Part shown: positions 5,741 through 10,092 of the stretch, in pieces
Layout of the letters: every line of letters starts with the position of its first letter
How positions within the stretch are numbered: position 1 is the stretch's first letter
Assembly (NCBI GenBank): GCA_020697515.1
Contig: JAIXNB010000044.1
Span: forward strand, 1 to 10,092
Direction: 5' to 3'
Origin: Nanobdellota archaeon
GTDB taxonomy: Archaea; Nanobdellota; Nanobdellia; Nanobdellales; Nanobdellaceae
DNA: 10,092 bases
Translations under genes and position numbers: made by a program
Notes under the pieces: generated by a model
What the model was told of the DNA's origin: nothing
Database searches by the model: none
What the model saw: the letters and a program-made list of their open reading frames with translations, nothing else

Positions 5741-5798
5741 GGGGATTGATGAGAACGCGCCGCTGCAGAGGAGTGAAGAGACTACTGGGGCCTGATAC
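5741..5798 (+). ncRNA. Box C/D sRNA, candidate 3 (D guide complementary to the conserved 16S 785-806 region)
   Basis: Plus strand: GGGGAU-UGAUGA (C, 5747-5752), GAACGCGCCGCU (5753-5764), degenerate D' (GCAG/CAGA, 5765-5769), GUGAAGA (C', 5773-5779), GACUACUGGGGC (12 nt, 5780-5791), CUGA (D, 5792-5795). 34 of 60 nt are G+C by hand count over 5741-5800. It sits in the convergent gap between rnhB and the methyltransferase gene. Confidence 0.7.
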
Positions 5799-5832
5799 TA
5801 CACTATCATAATTATTGGATATAGTATGCATC

Positions 5833-6519
5833 TTAACGATTTTTAGGTAGAGCAGTGTAGTAAAACATAGATAATTTTCTTTTCGCTCTAATCCATAACA
5901 CATCAAGACAATAATTATTCTTCTCATGAAACCAATATTTTTTCTTTAATAACAATCTTCCTCTTTTTATGAAGTTTATCTCAAAACCATTCTCAGATAG
6001 TATAGTTGAGATTCTATTCTTTTTTGTTTTATCAAATATCATATAAACAACATCTGAGATTCTGCAAGCTTTATCCACAAAGTTATCAAATATTGTAACT
6101 TTGCTTTGCACTCCGAAAGGAGGATTCATCAAAACAGTATTTGCAACACCTTCAAATTTTGTTACATCCAAATTTAAAAGAACTACATCCTTACTATTAA
6201 TAGATGCAGACCTTCTTACAATATTGAGATTTTTCCTAAGAATATTAATAGCATCTTCATCGATTTCTACTAAATATACTTTTTTTGCTCCCAATAATAA
6301 AGCACCTATCCCCAATATGCCAGTCCCAGCGCCTAAATCAACTACTACCTTATTGTATATATCCCCATACATATATGCTGTCCAAAGAATCTCCGCTGCC
6401 AAATTTGGGTCTGTTTCATACTGTTCTAAGTTAATCTTTGGGTTTTTAAAACCTTCCAATTTAGATAAAAGAATTTCCAATTGCCTCTTACTTTTAGGCA
6501 AATCTTTCAATGTTTGCAA
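5833..6519 (-). CDS. METTL5-like (COG2263-type) N6-adenine RNA methyltransferase, probable rRNA m6A methyltransferase
   Basis: 228-aa ORF with the N-terminal LEQYETDP block, SAM-binding VVDLGAGTGILG and the catalytic NPPFG motif. A C-terminal ...FHEK...V.WIR block parallels human METTL5 as I remember it. The first codon at 6519-6517 is TTG, not ATG, so the exact start is uncertain. It extends about 17 aa beyond the METTL5-like end. Confidence 0.85.
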   Translation of the reverse strand: MQTLKDLPKSKRQLEILLSKLEGFKNPKINLEQYETDPNLAAEILWTAYMYGDIYNKVVVDLGAGTGILGIGALLLGAKKVYLVEIDEDAINILRKNLNIVRRSASINSKDVVLLNLDVTKFEGVANTVLMNPPFGVQSKVTIFDNFVDKACRISDVVYMIFDKTKKNRISTILSENGFEINFIKRGRLLLKKKYWFHEKNNYCLDVLWIRAKRKLSMFYYTALPKNR

Positions 6520-6779
6520 GATTGTTTTTTATCTTTATTTATATTATCTATTATCCTTTTCTTTTTCCTTATTAAAAACCCAAAATTATTTTTAGAAGAG
6601 TCATTTATTTTTCTAAATTCTCCTATTCCGATTTTATTCCATACTAGTACATTAATAACAACCATTGTTAATATTAAACTTATAATTTATCAATACTTTG
6701 TAACTTTAAGAGTTTAAAATTATCGAAATAGTTAAAATTTAACTATATGTCAGTAATCATAGTAAAAATAATTTCACAA

Positions 6780-6786
6780 TTTAAAG
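6780..6786 (+). promoter_or_regulatory. TATA-like box for rtcA (leaderless spacing)
   Basis: TTTAAAG is centred about 26-28 nt upstream of the ATG at 6811. Confidence 0.35.
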
Positions 6787-6810
6787 ATCTTAAACTTATA
6801 TTAGAATTTA

Positions 6811-7875
6811 ATGTTACTAATAGATGGAAGTTATGGAGAAGGAGGGGGTCAAATTCTAAGAACATCTGTTGCCTTATCCAGCTTATATAAAGTCCCTATT
6901 AGAGTTATAAATATAAGAAAAAATAGAACTCCCTCTGGTTTAAAAGCGCAACATCTACACGCGATAAAGTTGTTATCTAAAATTACCAATGCTAAAACTA
7001 GAGGGCTTTATGTAAAATCTACTGAAATAGAATTTGTTCCTGAAAGAATAAAAGGTGGGAAATATTTTGAGAACATTGGAACTGCAGGATCCATTACTTT
7101 ACTTTTACAGGCAGTTATTTTACCTATTCTTTTCGCAGATGATAAGGTATCAATAAAAATTACTGGAGGAACTGATGTTAGGTTTAGCCCCAGTTTAGAT
7201 TACTTCAGATATGTTATTCTACCATACTTAGAAAAATTTGCAAATATTGATCTTAAACTACGTAGAAGAGGTTTTTATCCAAAAGGTGGTGGAGAGATTA
7301 TAATAAAGATATCTCCTAGGTACTCTGTAGACAATTACGAATCTATGGATAAATTTGTTGAAACTATAAGGAATGATGTTGAACCCTACGATTTGTTAGA
7401 TAATAACATTAATGAAATATATGTATATTCAGTGGCTAGTACGTCTATTAAAGTTAGGGAAGTTGCAGAGAGAATGCTAGAATCTGCCATAAACAATTTA
7501 GAGGATTTAGATGTAAAAATATACAAAAATATAGAATATGTTGACACTCTATCACCTGGGGCAGTTATTACGATTGTCGCAAAGTCTGATAACAGAATCT
7601 TTGGTGCAGATGCAGTGGGGGAAAAAGGAAAACCAGCTGAGTTAGTTGGAATGAAAGCTGCAATGAAGTTGAGACAAGTTATAGAAAGTAAAGTTTCTAT
7701 AGACGAACATCTAGCAGATAATTTGGTACCATATTTGGGGTTAGTGGGTGGAAGATATACAACCTACGCTTTAACTGGACATCTAGAAACTAATATATGG
7801 GTATGTGAAAAGTTTTTTGGAAAAATATATAAAGTCAAGAAAAATACAAATATATTCATTTCAACTATTATATAA
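6811..7875 (+). CDS. rtcA: RNA 3'-terminal phosphate cyclase
   Basis: 354-aa ORF with the N-terminal DGSYGEGGGQILRTSVALS block, GLKAQHLH, and the C-terminal DEHLADNLVPYL block that contains the conserved His adenylylated in RtcA enzymes. Confidence 0.9.
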   Translation: MLLIDGSYGEGGGQILRTSVALSSLYKVPIRVINIRKNRTPSGLKAQHLHAIKLLSKITNAKTRGLYVKSTEIEFVPERIKGGKYFENIGTAGSITLLLQAVILPILFADDKVSIKITGGTDVRFSPSLDYFRYVILPYLEKFANIDLKLRRRGFYPKGGGEIIIKISPRYSVDNYESMDKFVETIRNDVEPYDLLDNNINEIYVYSVASTSIKVREVAERMLESAINNLEDLDVKIYKNIEYVDTLSPGAVITIVAKSDNRIFGADAVGEKGKPAELVGMKAAMKLRQVIESKVSIDEHLADNLVPYLGLVGGRYTTYALTGHLETNIWVCEKFFGKIYKVKKNTNIFISTII

Positions 7876-8176
7876 GTTCAGAATCTATCCTTATTTTTAG
7901 ATCAATTAGATGTTTTGCTATAGATACCATTCTTTTTGTTATCTCTCCATATTCATCAAATACTCTTTTTAACACCTCTAATTCCTTATCCCTTGGTAAA
8001 TCAGTTTTAAGTATTTCATAGAGATTTATACTTTCTAATTCCTTTAAAGTCTTTTTTAAATCGTCTAGATCTTTTATAAGTTGCGTTAGTTCATCCTGCA
8101 GCTTTCTGACAAGATATAGTTCTTCTTTATTCAAATTTCTATCATGGTTCTCAAGGTCCTTTATTAATCTATTCAT
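7868..8176 (-). CDS. Hypothetical small all-helical / coiled-coil protein (102 aa)
   Basis: ATG start overlaps the upstream ORF's stop as ATGA (8173-8176), indicating translational coupling. The sequence is rich in heptad-like L/K/E/D repeats. I recognise no family. Its 3' end overlaps the rtcA 3' end convergently by 8 nt. Confidence 0.6.
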   Translation of the reverse strand: MNRLIKDLENHDRNLNKEELYLVRKLQDELTQLIKDLDDLKKTLKELESINLYEILKTDLPRDKELEVLKRVFDEYGEITKRMVSIAKHLIDLKIRIDSELI

Positions 8177-8478
8177 AGGGTTACTTCTATTTTTTCGTTA
8201 ACTTTTTTTATAGGCTCCCAGATTTCTATCTCCTTTGAATATATTTTTATTGGCTTTCCATCCTCTTCAGTCTCTAATACTATTTTACCGGTTATCATCT
8301 TACCCGAACCTATAACTTCCTCAATCCTGTACCCAAATCTTGTGGTCAGTTTTGTGAACTCTCTTTTGTAATTTTCTATAATTTTCCTGTTTCTCGCAGC
8401 GACCGCCCCATATACATATCTTATAAAGCTTATTCCAGCAGGGTTTACTGGTCTTAATATTTCAATTTTTATTTCCAT
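8173..8478 (-). CDS. Hypothetical small protein (101 aa from the ATG at 8478)
   Basis: The track ORF (8173-8493) begins with TTG. The first ATG is codon 6 (8478-8476). The neighbouring gene's TATA box lies over codons 1-5, which favours the ATG start. The composition looks mixed alpha/beta and I recognise no family. Confidence 0.55.
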   Translation of the reverse strand: MEIKIEILRPVNPAGISFIRYVYGAVAARNRKIIENYKREFTKLTTRFGYRIEEVIGSGKMITGKIVLETEEDGKPIKIYSKEIEIWEPIKKVNEKIEVTL

Positions 8479-8506
8479 ATAAATTTTTATCAATGGATTT
8501 ATTAAT
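8478..8506. promoter_or_regulatory. Compact bidirectional promoter with interleaved TATA boxes
   Basis: TATAAATT (8478-8485) is centred 26 nt upstream of the plus-strand ATG at 8507. TTAATAAA on the minus strand (8498-8505) is centred about 24-26 nt upstream of the minus-strand ATG at 8478. Each TATA box therefore abuts the other gene's start codon. Confidence 0.4.
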
Positions 8507-9175
8507 ATGCTTATTGTTACATCTAGTGATATTCATGCACCATTAAGATTAAAGGACTTTGAAGTTAGTCTGGTGAATATAGAGGAAGAACCAGATTATA
8601 TACTTTTGGCGGGAGATATAATAGATAAAAATCAACATTTTTATTTAAAAAAAGTGTATACTATTATTAGATCATTTTTTCCTAATTCAAAAATATATTC
8701 TGTCTTTGGAAATAACGAATACATAGAATATAGGAACATGTATAAGAAGGAGTACGAATTTATGAACTGGATTGATGACTCTTATGTAGATTTAGGGGAT
8801 TATTATCTTATAGGGACAGAAGGTATTTTGGATCTCCCTACTCCATGGATGAGGAAGAACATACCTAACATACTAGAACTCTGGAGAATTAGATTCAAAA
8901 GTATAGAGAGATTATTAAAAACACTGGATGATAAACCTATAATATTTCTATCACATTACGCTCCCACCTGTAAGACAGTTTTTGGGGACCCCGCCCCGGC
9001 AAGTGTTTTGTGTTCTCGTAAAATGGAGAACTTATTATTAAAATGTAGTAATATTAGGGTAATTATTCATGGACACGCTCATAACGCTAAAATATGGAAC
9101 GCAAAAATAGATAATGCAGAAGCAATCAATGTATCATTTTATATCCACAATAAACCACTTATTATCAACCTATAA
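8507..9175 (+). CDS. Calcineurin-like metallophosphoesterase
   Basis: 222-aa ORF with the ordered metallophosphoesterase motifs DxH (SSDIH), GDxxD (AGDIID), GNxE (GNNEY), a His in SHYAP, and GHxH (HGHAHN). Confidence 0.8.
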   Translation: MLIVTSSDIHAPLRLKDFEVSLVNIEEEPDYILLAGDIIDKNQHFYLKKVYTIIRSFFPNSKIYSVFGNNEYIEYRNMYKKEYEFMNWIDDSYVDLGDYYLIGTEGILDLPTPWMRKNIPNILELWRIRFKSIERLLKTLDDKPIIFLSHYAPTCKTVFGDPAPASVLCSRKMENLLLKCSNIRVIIHGHAHNAKIWNAKIDNAEAINVSFYIHNKPLIINL

Positions 9176-9985
9176 TATTGCAAGAAATAGTATTATAGCT
9201 AATAAAGTTATGACAAGCAGGTGTAAAGATTCGTCTGAGTTTATTACTCGGGATCCTATATAAGATTCTCCACTCACATTAACTTTGTGTATTTTTTGTA
9301 TTAAGCTCCGATCAACATTCTCTTTAACAACTAAAGATAGTGTACAGTTTTTTCCATGTTGAGGGACATAATAATACCTTATTATGGCGACTTGACCTTT
9401 TTTCAGTAGAGGGAATAATACATTTGGCCCAATGAATTCTGATAGTAGGTCAGTATAATATGGTTTGATCATTGCTATACAGGACGACTCAAGAGTCACC
9501 AGGACATTAGATAAACGTCTATTAGTATATAAGAATACTGTTATATTACCGAGAGCTCCAAGAGGGATATCATCTGCGATTATAACTGCTGATACTCCTA
9601 TAGGTAAGCAATAGAGATATGCAAACTTTCCGGGGAATGCAGTACTACTACCAGTTATCTGACAAGATGCTGAGGAGTTCCATAAAACTACATTACCAGA
9701 ACCGATGATATGTATATTTTTCGAATTATACACTAAAATACTGTTAAAATGACAATTTATTTTTATGTTCCTAGAGTCCCGTATGATCATATCGTAATAA
9801 CACGGTGTATCCAAATATGTTATACATGTATATTCCTCGTTAGACTCTCCACTAATTATATAACATTTAGTGTTGTCTACAATTATCGAAGGTGCTGGAA
9901 TATATTGGGAAAATACTGGACTATGATATATGATAGATCCTAAAGTAACTATTAAAATTAATCTTTGCAACAGATTTTTATTCAT
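9170..9985 (-). CDS. Secreted, C-terminally membrane-anchored Cys-rich surface protein (unknown family)
   Basis: 271-aa ORF with an N-terminal signal-peptide-like segment (MNKNLLQRLILIVTLGSIIYHSPVFSQ) and a hydrophobic extreme C-terminus (LHLLVITLLAIILFLAIL). It has 8 Cys and 4 N-x-S/T sequons (NSS, NIT, NCT, NVS). The stretch NIKINCHFNSILVYNSKNIHIIGSGNVVLWNSS looks like beta-helix-type repeats. Confidence 0.7.
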   Translation of the reverse strand: MNKNLLQRLILIVTLGSIIYHSPVFSQYIPAPSIIVDNTKCYIISGESNEEYTCITYLDTPCYYDMIIRDSRNIKINCHFNSILVYNSKNIHIIGSGNVVLWNSSASCQITGSSTAFPGKFAYLYCLPIGVSAVIIADDIPLGALGNITVFLYTNRRLSNVLVTLESSCIAMIKPYYTDLLSEFIGPNVLFPLLKKGQVAIIRYYYVPQHGKNCTLSLVVKENVDRSLIQKIHKVNVSGESYIGSRVINSDESLHLLVITLLAIILFLAIL

Positions 9986-10012
9986 TTAGTTATTTGCTAA
10001 TGTTATAAAATA

Positions 10013-10092
10013 TTAACTTTGTTCCATGTCATTTTCCCAATTATCAATATCTATATTGTTTTTAACATCTATAATTTTGCCCCGTAGATCTA
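10013..10092 (-). CDS. 3' end of a minus-strand ORF truncated by the window edge
   Basis: The frame is open from the window edge to TAA at 10013-10015 and reads ...DLRGKIIDVKNNIDIDNWENDMEQS*. That is 26 stop-free codons in AT-rich DNA. No function can be called. Confidence 0.3.
   Translation of the reverse strand, partial: DLRGKIIDVKNNIDIDNWENDMEQS

Noticed and set aside
5730-5927. 65-aa minus-strand ORF
   Set aside because: It overlaps the 3' end of the methyltransferase gene in another frame and runs antisense across the box C/D sRNA. The GC-rich stretch is better explained by the sRNA.
6101-6717. Plus-strand ORFs 6101-6595 (164 aa) and 6481-6717 (78 aa)
   Set aside because: The first is antisense to the METTL5-like gene. 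The second is low-complexity F/L/I sequence running through the AT-rich divergent promoter region. Neither has motifs.
8173-8478. Calling the two small ORFs a HEPN-MNT toxin-antitoxin pair
   Set aside because: The upstream protein lacks the nucleotidyltransferase DxD and a proper GSxxRG. The downstream R-x6-H sits at the loose end of the HEPN motif definition. I keep this only as a hypothesis to test, not as an annotation.
9749-9943. 64-aa plus-strand ORF
   Set aside because: It is antisense within the surface-protein gene, which has coherent signal-peptide and TM-anchor logic.

Overview
Visibly AT-rich archaeal chromosome segment in which GC-rich islands stand out as RNA genes. This pattern fits a thermophile with a reduced, AT-biased genome. 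Gene content and layout are reminiscent of Nanoarchaeota/DPANN-type genomes, but I cannot verify the organism. Supported protein genes: cysS (42-1481 +), uS13 (2502-2978 +), uS4 (3108-3686 +), cbf5 (4020-5057 +) tightly coupled to rnhB (5060-5698 +), a METTL5-like NPPF RNA methyltransferase (5833-6519 -) and rtcA (6811-7875 +). Also two small translationally coupled unknown ORFs (7868-8176 and 8173-8478 -), a calcineurin-like metallophosphoesterase (8507-9175 +), a Cys-rich secreted and C-terminally anchored surface protein (9170-9985 -), and the 3' end of one more minus-strand ORF at the right edge. Missing from the ORF track are three box C/D sRNA genes (2131-2187 -, 2408-2464 -, 5741-5798 +). 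All three share the variant C' box UGAAGA, and one guide matches the universally conserved 16S 785-806 region as I remember it. The most interesting unexplained signal is a 44-nt module: TATA box, 5 nt, TTACAACTGAAAG, a pyrimidine heptamer, then YTTTAGAGCAG. It occurs twice in the same register (2267-2310 and 3862-3905), upstream of the separate proximal promoters of rps13 and cbf5. Copy 1 runs into a ~110-nt island of about 49% GC (hand count) that I cannot assign to any RNA family. Nearly every gene has a TATA-like box centred about 26 nt upstream of its ATG, implying leaderless mRNAs. Two divergent gene pairs have interleaved TATA boxes. I found no tRNA, rRNA, CRISPR array or recognisable mobile element.
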